A stretch of 64,000 nt of DNA from a bacterium (GCA_030696105.1 JAUYNJ010000005.1:13678-77677), one strand, 5' to 3'; positions 37,469-47,977 are shown, counted from the stretch's first letter. Program-made: numbers and translations. The notes: generated by a model from the sequence alone, not told the origin.

Positions 37469-38434
37469 ATGAAGTTAACTGTTGGCTTTCTTTGTTACAA
37501 TCAAAGCTCAGCGCCATATCTCAAGCTATTTCTCGAGAGTCTTGAGAGGTCTTTGCGTGTCTGGGGTGGAGAAGTGAGCATACTGGCAGGAGACAACAGT
37601 GATGACGGCACGAGCGCTAACCGAGAGTTAATTAAAGCGCACAACGAAGCGGCGACTTACAAAATTGATTACCTTGATTTTCAAAATAATCTTGGTTTTG
37701 CAGCGGCGTATAATAAGCTGATTGGGAAGGCATCGCTTGAGGGAAGTGAATACTTTCTCATGTTAAATCCTGATATGCTGATAGACGAGCAGGCGGTTAA
37801 GCATTTAATTCAGGGCATAGAGGACAATGCCGATGTGGCCGTGCTTTGCCCAAAAATATTACAATGGGATTTTCAAAATAAGCAGACAACTGACATCATC
37901 GATTCTTGCGGAATTATGATGAAGCCCGGCCTTAGATTCTATGACCTAGGACAGGGAAAAAAGGATGACGCTAGCTATGACCGGGCAGAGATTTTTGGAG
38001 CCTCGGGCGCCGCCGGCCTCTATAAGTTGAGCGCTTTAAATTGCATTAAGGAAAACGGTCAGTATTTTGACGAACGCTTCTTTATGTACAAGGAGGACTG
38101 CGACTTGGCGTATCGTCTGAGGGAGTCGGGTTTTAACACTAAACTTGTCCCCGAATCGCTTGTTTACCATGACCGGAGCGCGGCCGTTAAAGGGGGCCTT
38201 GTCCAAACAACGCGCGATTGGTTTAGGCGAAGCCGCTTGACACGAAGCTGGTCTTTCGTTAATCAGCACCTACTCTTTATTAAACACTTGACGAAGGAGT
38301 CTGTTTACTCGCGTTTTCTGATTTATATGCAATGTGTTGCTTATTTAATTTTTTCTTTAATTTTAGCTCAATTTTTACTAAAATCTTACCCCATTATTTG
38401 GCGCAAGCGCCGAGTATTGACTAATACAAAATAA
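37469..38434 (+). CDS. Glycosyltransferase family 2 (rhamnosyltransferase-like)
   Basis: DNSDDGT, NLGFAAAYN, LNPD, FDERFFMYKEDCDL. Confidence 0.88.
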   Translation: MKLTVGFLCYNQSSAPYLKLFLESLERSLRVWGGEVSILAGDNSDDGTSANRELIKAHNEAATYKIDYLDFQNNLGFAAAYNKLIGKASLEGSEYFLMLNPDMLIDEQAVKHLIQGIEDNADVAVLCPKILQWDFQNKQTTDIIDSCGIMMKPGLRFYDLGQGKKDDASYDRAEIFGASGAAGLYKLSALNCIKENGQYFDERFFMYKEDCDLAYRLRESGFNTKLVPESLVYHDRSAAVKGGLVQTTRDWFRRSRLTRSWSFVNQHLLFIKHLTKESVYSRFLIYMQCVAYLIFSLILAQFLLKSYPIIWRKRRVLTNTK

Positions 38435-38502
38435 TGTGATAGATTTGCCTTAGCCGATATTAATGTATTTACAATATAGCGAAGGCTATATTTATTATTT
38501 CT

Positions 38503-39561
38503 ATGATGGATAACTTACTCGAGTCAATCGCACGCGAAAAGCGTAGCGAAGAAATGGCCAAACTTAACGCTATTCAGATTGTGAATACGCTTTTTTCTGA
38601 TTTAATGGAACGTGAACGAGATATTTTAACTCGTCGTTTTGGTTTAAATGGAGATAAGAATGAAACACTGGAAAAAATTGGGCAGTTACACAAATTAACA
38701 CGTGAGCGCGTCCGCCAAATTGAAAATGCCAGTATTAAGAAAATTAAACGCCTTGAGAATATTACAGAGTATCTCTCTATCTTAAAGAGTGTTGTTAGCG
38801 ACCTTTTGAAAGAACACGGTGGCTTACTGCGACGCGATTATCTGCTTGATATTTTGACGGTGATGAGCCTTGAGATGGCTGGCGCTGAGGATGTCGACAT
38901 GAATAGCCCCGAATATGAAAAGAACCGACAGGTCTACAAAAGCCGCTTCGACTTCCTTTTATCCAAATTATTGAATGAAGATTTTGATTTAGTGAGTGAA
39001 ACTCCTAAATTTAATGCCTCTATCAAGATGAAAGACGAGGGGGTTGATCACTTTGAAGCAATTACTGAAGATTTAATCTCTGAAATCGAAACTTCGAAGA
39101 AAACCTTTACGACCGAAGAAGTGATTGCGCTTCTTAAGAATCTTGAGAGCTATCGTCAGCACGCTGATAAGCTTGAAAATGATGGTGCTGATATTACCTC
39201 AATTTTTAAGAGCAAAGTATTCCCAGATAAGGCTGAAATTATCAATAAAAATAAAACTCTATATTCTTTATTGCAGGCCGTAAAGCACCTAGAGCGCAAT
39301 AAGTTTGGTTTTTGGGGTAAAGCTGATTGGCAGGAGATTAAGCCTAAAACTATTAATGATAAGATTTATCTTGTTTTAAAGAATGCCAGTAAACCACTGC
39401 ACTTCACGGAAATCGCCGCTAAAATCAACGAAATCAAATTTGACCATAAAAACGCAAATCCTGCTACAGTTCATAATGAACTAATTCTGGATGAACGCTA
39501 CGTTTTGACGGGTCGCGGCATGTATGGTTTAAGGGAGTGGCAGGCCGCCGAAAAAGCTTAA
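38503..39561 (+). CDS. Sigma70 region-4 HTH fused to C-terminal winged HTH (RNAP delta/HARE-HTH-like)
   Basis: RFGL..ETLEKIG..LTRERVRQIE at N-terminus; PLHFTEIA..TVHNELI..RYVLTGRGMYGLREW at C-terminus; no sigma region 2. Confidence 0.75.
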   Translation: MMDNLLESIAREKRSEEMAKLNAIQIVNTLFSDLMERERDILTRRFGLNGDKNETLEKIGQLHKLTRERVRQIENASIKKIKRLENITEYLSILKSVVSDLLKEHGGLLRRDYLLDILTVMSLEMAGAEDVDMNSPEYEKNRQVYKSRFDFLLSKLLNEDFDLVSETPKFNASIKMKDEGVDHFEAITEDLISEIETSKKTFTTEEVIALLKNLESYRQHADKLENDGADITSIFKSKVFPDKAEIINKNKTLYSLLQAVKHLERNKFGFWGKADWQEIKPKTINDKIYLVLKNASKPLHFTEIAAKINEIKFDHKNANPATVHNELILDERYVLTGRGMYGLREWQAAEKA

Positions 39562-39577
39562 AATACGAATTGAATTT

Positions 39578-39607
39578 AACCGCCCGCAACTAAGCGGGCG
39601 GTTTTTT
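39578..39607 (+). terminator. Intrinsic terminator
   Basis: AACCGCCCGC-AACTAA-GCGGGCGGTTTTTT. Confidence 0.85.
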
Positions 39608-39682
39608 GTTTTCTAATATTTATGCTAAAATATATACAGATTAGTCACTGTCTTTTAAGACATCGACTTGCAATAATTTGTT

Positions 39683-41134
39683 ATGGAAATAGTCATTGAC
39701 ACGACCCGCTTGGTTGAATTTTCTCAGCTTCCTATTGATCAAATGGCGTGGGAATTTTTTATAAATGTTGGCTGGATTCTTCTAGCTATTGGTTTTTTGT
39801 ATGGCGTGCTTTTAATTTATAAGGTGCGTCTTAGTACACAATGGGCCGCAAAGAGCCTTAAATATATCATCCTTGCTGTTGATGTTCCCAAAGGAAACGA
39901 GCAATCTCCTAAAGCTGTGGAGAATATGTTTACTTATCTTGGGGGTGCTCATGGGTCTATTAATTTTTTTGAAAAATGGTTCGAAGGGAAATTTCAGCCT
40001 TCTTTTAGTTATGAAATTGTAAGCCTTGAAGGCTATACCCAGTTTTTAATCAGAACACCGATTGAGTACCGCAACTTAATTGAAACTTCAATTTATTCTC
40101 AGTATCCAGACGCCGAAATATCCGAGGTGGATGATTACGTTGACACCGTCCCGCACACTTTTCCTGATGAAGAATATGACATTTGGGGCTCGGAATTTGT
40201 GCAATCTAAAGACTGGTCTTATCCGATTAAAATGTATCGTGAGTTTGAGCATATGATGGGACCGAGCGAAACTCAGTTCAAGGACCCGATGGCCTCACTG
40301 ATGGATCTTTGTGGCTCTTTACGCGAAGGAGAGCAGTTATGGTTTCAATTAATCGTTATACCAACCGGTTTCGATTGGTTGGCGGCGACTGATAAGGCGG
40401 TTGATAAAATACTAGGCAAGAAAAAGAAATCTGACGGACTTTTCTCAAAGGCGCTCGAGTGGCTGGGAATTTTTAGTGAAATGATTTTCAGTATTTGGAG
40501 CGAAGTCGAAGAAAAAAAAGATGATGGCAAGGGTCTGTCTATGGTTGAGTTAAACCCTAAGCAGAAAAAACAGGTCGAAGCAATTCAGGCGAAGGCCTCT
40601 AAGTTAGCCTTTGAAGCAAAAATCAGGGTTATCTATGTTGCTCGTCGTGAAGTCATGAATCGTAGTAAAGTAACGAGCGGTTTTGTCGGCTATATTAAAC
40701 AGTTTGCTTCACTTGATCTTAATAATCTTAAGCCCGACACCACCGCAACCATGACTAAAACTGCTTATTTCAATAAAGATAAGCGTCTGATTAGAAAAAA
40801 GAATCTCATCATGAATAATTACGTTAATCGTGATGATTATTCCGGCAGGTTGCCGGGCATATATGATATTGAAGAGCTTGCGACCCTATGGCACTTTCCG
40901 CTGGAGGCGAATGTTAAATCGCCGCTGGTGCAGAAGGCTCCTGGACGCAAGGCCGACGCCCCTTCATCTTTGCCGATGGTCGATGATTTTATGGGCGGAG
41001 CCTCTCCGGAGTTATTTAACGTAGAAGTGTTGCGTCGTGAAAAGCAGCAACCTGAGAGAAATGAGATGACTGAACAGAGAAATGAGGATATCAATAGAAA
41101 AGCCTCAGCTCCTGATAACTTACCTTTTGCTTAA
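39683..41134 (+). CDS. Conserved membrane-anchored hypothetical protein (resembles the N-terminal region of CPR TraG/VirD4-like proteins)
   Basis: N-terminal TM; SxEIVS, IYSQYPDAEI, EELATLWHFP motifs; no Walker A. Confidence 0.55.
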   Translation: MEIVIDTTRLVEFSQLPIDQMAWEFFINVGWILLAIGFLYGVLLIYKVRLSTQWAAKSLKYIILAVDVPKGNEQSPKAVENMFTYLGGAHGSINFFEKWFEGKFQPSFSYEIVSLEGYTQFLIRTPIEYRNLIETSIYSQYPDAEISEVDDYVDTVPHTFPDEEYDIWGSEFVQSKDWSYPIKMYREFEHMMGPSETQFKDPMASLMDLCGSLREGEQLWFQLIVIPTGFDWLAATDKAVDKILGKKKKSDGLFSKALEWLGIFSEMIFSIWSEVEEKKDDGKGLSMVELNPKQKKQVEAIQAKASKLAFEAKIRVIYVARREVMNRSKVTSGFVGYIKQFASLDLNNLKPDTTATMTKTAYFNKDKRLIRKKNLIMNNYVNRDDYSGRLPGIYDIEELATLWHFPLEANVKSPLVQKAPGRKADAPSSLPMVDDFMGGASPELFNVEVLRREKQQPERNEMTEQRNEDINRKASAPDNLPFA

Positions 41135-42333
41135 TGGATAAAGATATTCGAAAAAGCCGCATTGGCATTGACGCTCGATTTTACGGACCCTTAGGAAAGG
41201 GTCTGGGTCGTTATGTTCAGGAAATTGTCGATCGCGTAATCAGATTGCAAGCTGCTAATGAGCCTGAGATTGAGTTTGTTATTTTCTTGAGCCCTGGTAA
41301 TTATGAGGAGTATGTTTGCCCGAATTCTAATGTACGTAAAGTTCTTGTGCCACAACGCTGGTACTCCTGGCGTGAGCAAGTAATCTTTCCAATCATTTTA
41401 AGACGTGAGAAATTAAGTCTTATTCACTTTCCTCACTTTAATGTACCACTACTCACCCCATCACCTTTTATTGTTACTATTCACGACTTGATTCTCACAA
41501 AATTTCCGAGTCGCCGCGCCTCAATGCTCCCCCCTCTGCTTTACTGGATTAAACAAGCGGCCTACCGGTTAGTGGTGAGAACGGCGGTGAGACGCGCTAA
41601 GGCAATTATTGCAGTTTCTGAATTTACTAAGAAAGATATTATTGAACAGTTTTCAGCTTCACCGGCCAAAATATTTATAACCTATGAAGGAGTTGTTGAT
41701 TTTAATCGGACAGAAAATATTGAAGAGAAAGGAGCGTCAATTCTGGGTGAGTATGGTATTAGCCGGCCGTATCTGTTATACGTAGGCAACGCTTATCCTC
41801 ATAAAAATTTGAGCCGTTTGCTTAGTTCTTATTTGCAAGTAAGAAAAATTTTACCAGATTTATCTTTAGTGATGGTTGGAAAAAATGATTATTTCTATCA
41901 ACGTGTTAGGGCCGAAGCACAACAGTTGACGTTAGCAGTAGTAATGAATGGTCAAGGTAAGATTATTTTTCCTGGTTATGTCCCCGATGAAGAGTTAGGT
42001 AATTTATACCGAAACGCCCTTCTTTACGTATTTCCTTCTCTTTATGAAGGTTTTGGTTTGCCACCGCTTGAAGCAATGTCATGTTCTTGTCCAGTTGCAT
42101 CGTCTAATCAAGCTAGCTTGCCAGAGATTTTAGGTGAAGCGGCTACTTATTTCGACCCTTATGATGTAAGTAATATGAGCGCGATTATAAGCGACCTGGC
42201 AGTTGATGAAAAAAGAAGGGAAGAGATGATAAGCGCAGGCAGGGAGCATATCAAAAAATTTAGCTGGCAGCGCTGCGCCGAACAAACACTCGCTATATAT
42301 TTACAGATAATCAGTCACAATGCTAAACGATAA
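41134..42333 (+). CDS. Glycosyltransferase family 4 (group 1)
   Basis: IGIDARF..GLGRY, TIHDL, PHKN, FPSLYEGFGLPPLEAM. Confidence 0.92.
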   Translation: MDKDIRKSRIGIDARFYGPLGKGLGRYVQEIVDRVIRLQAANEPEIEFVIFLSPGNYEEYVCPNSNVRKVLVPQRWYSWREQVIFPIILRREKLSLIHFPHFNVPLLTPSPFIVTIHDLILTKFPSRRASMLPPLLYWIKQAAYRLVVRTAVRRAKAIIAVSEFTKKDIIEQFSASPAKIFITYEGVVDFNRTENIEEKGASILGEYGISRPYLLYVGNAYPHKNLSRLLSSYLQVRKILPDLSLVMVGKNDYFYQRVRAEAQQLTLAVVMNGQGKIIFPGYVPDEELGNLYRNALLYVFPSLYEGFGLPPLEAMSCSCPVASSNQASLPEILGEAATYFDPYDVSNMSAIISDLAVDEKRREEMISAGREHIKKFSWQRCAEQTLAIYLQIISHNAKR

Positions 42334-44815
42334 AAGACAATTCGGAAAATCATCTAAAGCGGTCTCGACGACTGACTCTTTTATTATTGATTTAAGAGCG
42401 GTCTATAGTAAACCGGTAGCCAAGGAGAATGCGCGGAAAGAAGTAATTAAGCAGGCGCCGATAAAAAAAGTCACAAAAAAAAATGCTCCGACTTTTTCCT
42501 TTGCTCTCTCGCGCGTTACCGAGCAAGTTTTACATAAAAAAAAGAAACGAAACTATTTTGATTGGGGCGGATTATTTAAGTCACCTCGACGCTATCGTTG
42601 GCACTTGGCTTCGATGTTGAGAACTGATCAGTACGTTTTTCCGCTGGCTGGGCGTCGGGCACGTCGTCGCTTTGCAAGGGATGCGGCCGTGAAATGGCGC
42701 AACATTACGGCTCGTATTACCAAGACTACAAAAAGCAAAGAAAAGGAAATTAAGGCAGAACATCTTGTTACTTGGTACCGCTCCTTGTTTGCCTTCGTAG
42801 CGGCTTTAATTTTCATTATCTTGCCATTTAAGCTTCTCGCTTATTTTAAAATTCTTGATTTCAGTGGTCTCAAAGATAATATTGTTTCAAGTTCATTTTC
42901 AGCTTTTGATAATTTAGCAGCGGCGTCCGATGAAGCCTCAAGTCTCGATTTAGCGGCTGCAGGCAACAGTTTTGGGCGAGCGGCGTCTGACTTTTCGGCG
43001 GCCCAAAAAGAATTAGGTCGGGTTGACGATTGGCTGTTCTCACTAGCAGCTTTTTCCCGTGACCCGCAAATTAAACTAGCCGCTTCTGGTAAAAAGTTTT
43101 TAGCCGTTGGACTGGCTGGCGCCGCTTTTGGACAGCACCTAAGTGCAGCCGGAGAAGTTTTTTTAAGTGAACACGGTGATCGTAGTTGGGGCAAATTAAT
43201 TGATGCTTTTGTGGAGCATGGGACACCTGCCTTAGCTAGTGCGCGTGATTTACAAACGGTATTAAATGACATTCAAGTAAGCGATTTGCCACTTGATTAT
43301 CAAGAACGCTTTACCAGCTACAAGCGCCAAGCTGACTTAGCGGTTGATGCTATGTCGACCCTTTTAAATTCAGCACAGGAAATAAAAGAGTTTATTGGCG
43401 TTAGTCACGATAAGCGCTATTTGCTTGTATTTCAAAATAACACCGAGATGAGAGGCTCCGGTGGGTTTTTAGGTAGTTACGCCTTAGTCGATATTCGCGA
43501 TGGACGTATTCGAAAACTTGAGGTGCCGGCGGGTGGCACATATGATACTGAGGCTGGGATGACTTCATATATTCGTTCACCCAAACCACTTTGGCTGGTG
43601 AACCCTCGTTGGTATCTTTGGGATGCAAATTGGTGGCCAGATTGGCCAACAACGGCACGTTCATTAATGTGGTTTTATGAAAAAAGCGACGGACCGACCG
43701 TTGATGGCGTGATTAGCTTTACGCCCGACGTGCTTGAGAATTTGTTGCGTATCACTGGTCCAATTGATTTGCGTCCAGAATATGAACTAACTGTTGACGC
43801 TGATACTTTTTGGGAACTAATTCAGGCGACAGTCGAAAAGCCAAATTTACAACTGACCCATCCAGAAGCAGTTGCGTCTTTACCAGACAGCCCGAAGAAT
43901 CAACCGAAGAAAATTATTGGCGACTTAATGGCGAAGATTTTAGAGCGCTTGCCAGAAGTTTTAACTGCAGAGAATGCCCCGGCTTTAGTTGGCGCTTTGG
44001 AGAAGAATTTAAGTGCCAAAAATATCATGCTATATTTTACCGACCCCTCTCTGCAGGAGAAGGTTTCGCGTTATCATCTTGATGGCGCCATGTTGCCTGC
44101 AAAGCAGGATTACTTACTCGTCGCTCACACCAATATTGCCGGTCAAAAAAGTGACAGGCGTATGGAAGAAAAGATTACGCACTCAGCTGAAATCTTAATG
44201 GACGGCACAGTTATTGATACTCTTACTATCCACCGGACGCACACCGGCATCAAGAATGAAGTACTAACAGGCGTTCGTAATGTGGACTGGTTACGTGTTT
44301 ACGTCCCTGAGGGCAGTCAGTTGCTTGAGGCAAGTGGATTCGATGTGCCTGATGCGTCATACTTTGAGGAGCCCGAAGCCGACTGGCAAGACTACAGCTT
44401 TGTTGCTGAAACAGAGGGTAAGGCAACGAGTGACTTACGCAGTGGCACAAGAATGTATACGGAAAATGGAAAGACCGTCTTTGCTAATTGGGTGATGACT
44501 GACCCCGGTAAAACCTCGGTCACCCGTTTTCGTTATCGTTTGCCGTTTAAAGTACAGAAGAATGAAATCAAAGACAACAATAAATTATTAGCTAAAATTG
44601 ACTCCATTTTAAATGGTGAGCCCGCTGAGCGACTTACTTATTCCTTGCTGTGGCAGAAGCAGCCTGGCGCTAAGCCAGCTCAAACTGAGTCTAAACTACT
44701 TTTGCCGCCAACTTGGAAGCAAGTCTGGAATTATCCGTACGCTGCTGCCTGGACGGTATTCGCCCCCTTAAATCGCGACCTGATGAAGGCGACCTTAATT
44801 GAAAAAATAAATTAA
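42320..44815 (+). CDS. DUF4012 domain membrane protein
   Basis: Basic cytoplasmic N-terminus, one TM, helical stalk, YLLVFQNNTEMRGSGGFLGSY, DANWWPDWP, DGVI motifs. Confidence 0.8.
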   Translation: MLNDKRQFGKSSKAVSTTDSFIIDLRAVYSKPVAKENARKEVIKQAPIKKVTKKNAPTFSFALSRVTEQVLHKKKKRNYFDWGGLFKSPRRYRWHLASMLRTDQYVFPLAGRRARRRFARDAAVKWRNITARITKTTKSKEKEIKAEHLVTWYRSLFAFVAALIFIILPFKLLAYFKILDFSGLKDNIVSSSFSAFDNLAAASDEASSLDLAAAGNSFGRAASDFSAAQKELGRVDDWLFSLAAFSRDPQIKLAASGKKFLAVGLAGAAFGQHLSAAGEVFLSEHGDRSWGKLIDAFVEHGTPALASARDLQTVLNDIQVSDLPLDYQERFTSYKRQADLAVDAMSTLLNSAQEIKEFIGVSHDKRYLLVFQNNTEMRGSGGFLGSYALVDIRDGRIRKLEVPAGGTYDTEAGMTSYIRSPKPLWLVNPRWYLWDANWWPDWPTTARSLMWFYEKSDGPTVDGVISFTPDVLENLLRITGPIDLRPEYELTVDADTFWELIQATVEKPNLQLTHPEAVASLPDSPKNQPKKIIGDLMAKILERLPEVLTAENAPALVGALEKNLSAKNIMLYFTDPSLQEKVSRYHLDGAMLPAKQDYLLVAHTNIAGQKSDRRMEEKITHSAEILMDGTVIDTLTIHRTHTGIKNEVLTGVRNVDWLRVYVPEGSQLLEASGFDVPDASYFEEPEADWQDYSFVAETEGKATSDLRSGTRMYTENGKTVFANWVMTDPGKTSVTRFRYRLPFKVQKNEIKDNNKLLAKIDSILNGEPAERLTYSLLWQKQPGAKPAQTESKLLLPPTWKQVWNYPYAAAWTVFAPLNRDLMKATLIEKIN

Positions 44816-44819
44816 ACAT

Positions 44820-46805
44820 ATGCCAGTAATCAAGAAAAAAAGAACAACAGCCGCAAAAGATAAGACGGCCGCTAGTCTCGCCACTTTCTTGGAGCGACCA
44901 TTGCCAGATTCAGATGAGGTTTCCCGCTTTGAGGATGCAGTCTTGAAAGAGGCTCGCAGTGATGAAGTCGAAGAAAATCTTTCAGCGATTTATCATGACG
45001 GTGATGGTCAGTTAGTCGATGTTACTAAAGTACAGCAAAAAAAACGATTAAAGTTAATTACTTTTTTTAAGCAGGTGGTGGTGTTAACAATAATTGCCTG
45101 CGGAGTATATGGCGTTTATCTTTATTCTCAAAAGCCAGCTGGAGCCGAGGTCATTGAGTTGAACGTGATTGCCCCGGAAAGAGCGATGGTGGGTGAAATG
45201 ATCGCCTATCGTTTAGAGTATCGCAATGATAGTGGCATGCAGCTCTCTGATGTTAAGTTAGAGGCAATACTGCCGTCCAGTTTTGTTTTAGCCGATAGTA
45301 GTCCTGAGCCAAGTGGCGTTAATTCCTGGCAACTCGGCGACTTGGCAGAGAACGCTAGTGGGTCCGTAACAATTAACGGCTATTTAGTAGCGCCAACAGA
45401 TTCACCTAACGTGCTGGTTGCGCGTCTAACTTATACACCAGCTAACTTTTCTAGTGGCTTTAAAAAAGAAGCCAGTGCTAATACTGTTATATCCGCTCTA
45501 GGCTTTAGCGTCACGGTTGATTATTCAAATACCGCCCTTTTGGGACAAGCAAATGAGTTTAAGTTAAATCTCAATGGCTTTAAATCAAATTTACTAGAAA
45601 GCTTTTATCTTGATGTTTCGGGCTCAGACAACCTCAGTATTAGTCGCGTTGGTGATAATGCCACATCTAGTGTCACGAGTGGTGAGACGGCGGGACCAAA
45701 AGTTGAAACGGCCGGGGAGGGCAGATGGCAAATTAGCGGACTTGAATCTAATTCTGAGGAACGTTTTTCGGTGCCGATATTATTTAAGTTGAACGAAAAA
45801 AATGAAGCTAAAGAAGATTTGCGTCTACGTTTCTTTAAGAAAGAGGCGGACGGTAGCGAGCGCATTTTTTGGGAAAGAACAATCAGTTTTGACGTCATGA
45901 AAAGTGACCTCAATCTCAATTTAACGCTTAATGGCGAAAAGACAGATCAGGCCCTTGATTACGGCTCCGAATTAAATTATAGTCTTGCCTATTCAAATAA
46001 TGGCGACGCCACTCTTTACGACCTGGTCTTGATGGTTGTGGTTAAGGGCGACGCTGTTTCCTGGAAAGGTTTGAAAGATCCTAGCGGGGGCAGCCTAACC
46101 GGCAACGCCATCTTGTGGACCAAGGAAGACATTTCCGCCTTGGCCGAAGTAGCACCGGCAGCTAAGGGCACAATTGACTTCTCGCTCAAGGTTAAGGAAT
46201 TCACTAATAATTCAATTGCAGAAAGTGCGGAAATTGTAAGCTACGCTCAGTATGGTTTAAATAATAATCAGGGTGACGGTAGCGATGATAATAAGAGTAA
46301 TACTATTAAAGGTCTCTTAAACTCTAACCTCTCACTTGCCGAGAAAATAATGTACTTTAATGATGACAATATTCCGGTTGGCTCTGGACCTTTGCCTCCC
46401 CGCGTGGGTGAGCAGACCAGTGTGCGTGTCTATTGGACGGTAAAGAATAATCTTCATGACTTACAAGACACTGAAGCGCACATGAGATTGCCTTTAGGCG
46501 TCGAGTGGGTTGGCTCAAATCATACTAATGTCGGCACCTTGTCGTATGATCCGCAGACGCGTGAAGTTAAATGGCGTCTCGGTTATTTGCCGACGAATGT
46601 TTATCGCGCGGACGCAGAATTTTCTATTAGTATTACACCAACCGAATCTGATCGTAATAAAATTCTCGTGCTATCTCCGGGCAGTACAATTACCGCAATT
46701 GATGCGGTGACCAAGGCAAATTTAAGTAGGCAAACTACCGCCAAGACAACAAAGCTTGAAGATGACGAAATTGCTGGTTTATCTAATAACGGCCGCGTAG
46801 AATAA
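44820..46805 (+). CDS. Single-pass membrane protein with multiple Ig-like (DUF11-like) extracellular domains
   Basis: One TM then repeated beta-sandwich patterns (YxLxYxN..L.DV, WxLGxL, GPLPPRVG). Confidence 0.65.
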   Translation: MPVIKKKRTTAAKDKTAASLATFLERPLPDSDEVSRFEDAVLKEARSDEVEENLSAIYHDGDGQLVDVTKVQQKKRLKLITFFKQVVVLTIIACGVYGVYLYSQKPAGAEVIELNVIAPERAMVGEMIAYRLEYRNDSGMQLSDVKLEAILPSSFVLADSSPEPSGVNSWQLGDLAENASGSVTINGYLVAPTDSPNVLVARLTYTPANFSSGFKKEASANTVISALGFSVTVDYSNTALLGQANEFKLNLNGFKSNLLESFYLDVSGSDNLSISRVGDNATSSVTSGETAGPKVETAGEGRWQISGLESNSEERFSVPILFKLNEKNEAKEDLRLRFFKKEADGSERIFWERTISFDVMKSDLNLNLTLNGEKTDQALDYGSELNYSLAYSNNGDATLYDLVLMVVVKGDAVSWKGLKDPSGGSLTGNAILWTKEDISALAEVAPAAKGTIDFSLKVKEFTNNSIAESAEIVSYAQYGLNNNQGDGSDDNKSNTIKGLLNSNLSLAEKIMYFNDDNIPVGSGPLPPRVGEQTSVRVYWTVKNNLHDLQDTEAHMRLPLGVEWVGSNHTNVGTLSYDPQTREVKWRLGYLPTNVYRADAEFSISITPTESDRNKILVLSPGSTITAIDAVTKANLSRQTTAKTTKLEDDEIAGLSNNGRVE

Positions 46806-46807
46806 TT

Positions 46808-47977
46808 ATGTCCGGATTCAAATTGAAATCAAACAACAAAAGACTGCGCGAGGGGCGCATAACGACAGCACATGGCAAATTGTCGACGCCTTTTTTTATG
46901 CCTGATGCGACCAGAGCATTTGTAAAAGGGAATACGACTGACGATGTAAAACGTGCTCAGACTGAAGCGATGGTGGTTAATACTTTCCACCTCTATCTTC
47001 AGCCTGGTCGTGAGTTAATTAAAAAAGCTGGTGGCGTGCATGCCTTTATGGACTGGAACGGCCCTCTGCTGTCCGACTCTGGGGGTTTTCAAGTATTCTC
47101 GCTTATTCACCGCTCAAGCGGCATGGGTAAAATAGATGACGAAAAAGTTTCATTTAAATCGCCGATTGATGGTTCTAAGCATGAACTAACTCCTGAAAAA
47201 TCAATTCAAATACAATTTGAGCTTGGTGTCGATATGATGGTTTGTCTTGATGACTGCCCGCCTAATGACTGGCCTAAGGATAAATTAGCGCTTGCGGTTA
47301 AACGCAGTCTTGAATGGGCGGCTCGCTGCAAGGCGGAATATTTACGACAGTTAAAACGTCGTAAAATTGAAGAGTCGAAGAGACCATTATTATTCGCCGT
47401 CGTACAAGGTGGTGACTACGAGGACTTACGTCGTGACTGTGCTGCGGCCTTAGTAGCTATCGGTTTCGATGGTTACGGTTTCGGCGCCAGACCGGTTGAT
47501 AAGGATGGTATTTTTTTAGCAGACACACTATTTAAAACTGCGAGTTTTATACCAGAAAATTCCTTACGCTTTGCACTTGGCGTCGGTACGCCCGAGGATA
47601 TTTATCGCTGCTATTTAATGGGCTGGGATATGTTTGATTGTGTTATTCCGACAAGGGAAGGCAGGCACGGTAAGCTATTCTTCTTTAATGAAAGCTTTAA
47701 AGGCTTCAAAGCGCCGACAGGTAAACAGGGACCAATATCAAAATTTCCGAAGTTTTACGCAGCGAAGAATATAAGCAATGCGGCTTATGCTACCGATTTC
47801 TCTCCGATTAATCCGTGCTCAGACATAGCCGAATTAAGACAATATTCTAAGGCTTTCTTGCATCACTTATTTAGACTAAAAGAGCCCCTAGGTCAAAAAT
47901 TAGCCAGCTTGAATAATCTTGAGTTTTATAACCGCTTAATGAGAGAATTACGTAAAATTAAACAAAATTCAGTGTAA
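46808..47977 (+). CDS. tgt: tRNA-guanine transglycosylase
   Basis: TPFFMP, NTFHL, DSGGFQVFSL, LDDC, VQGG, LGVG, DMFDCVIPTREGRHG. Confidence 0.92.
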   Translation: MSGFKLKSNNKRLREGRITTAHGKLSTPFFMPDATRAFVKGNTTDDVKRAQTEAMVVNTFHLYLQPGRELIKKAGGVHAFMDWNGPLLSDSGGFQVFSLIHRSSGMGKIDDEKVSFKSPIDGSKHELTPEKSIQIQFELGVDMMVCLDDCPPNDWPKDKLALAVKRSLEWAARCKAEYLRQLKRRKIEESKRPLLFAVVQGGDYEDLRRDCAAALVAIGFDGYGFGARPVDKDGIFLADTLFKTASFIPENSLRFALGVGTPEDIYRCYLMGWDMFDCVIPTREGRHGKLFFFNESFKGFKAPTGKQGPISKFPKFYAAKNISNAAYATDFSPINPCSDIAELRQYSKAFLHHLFRLKEPLGQKLASLNNLEFYNRLMRELRKIKQNSV

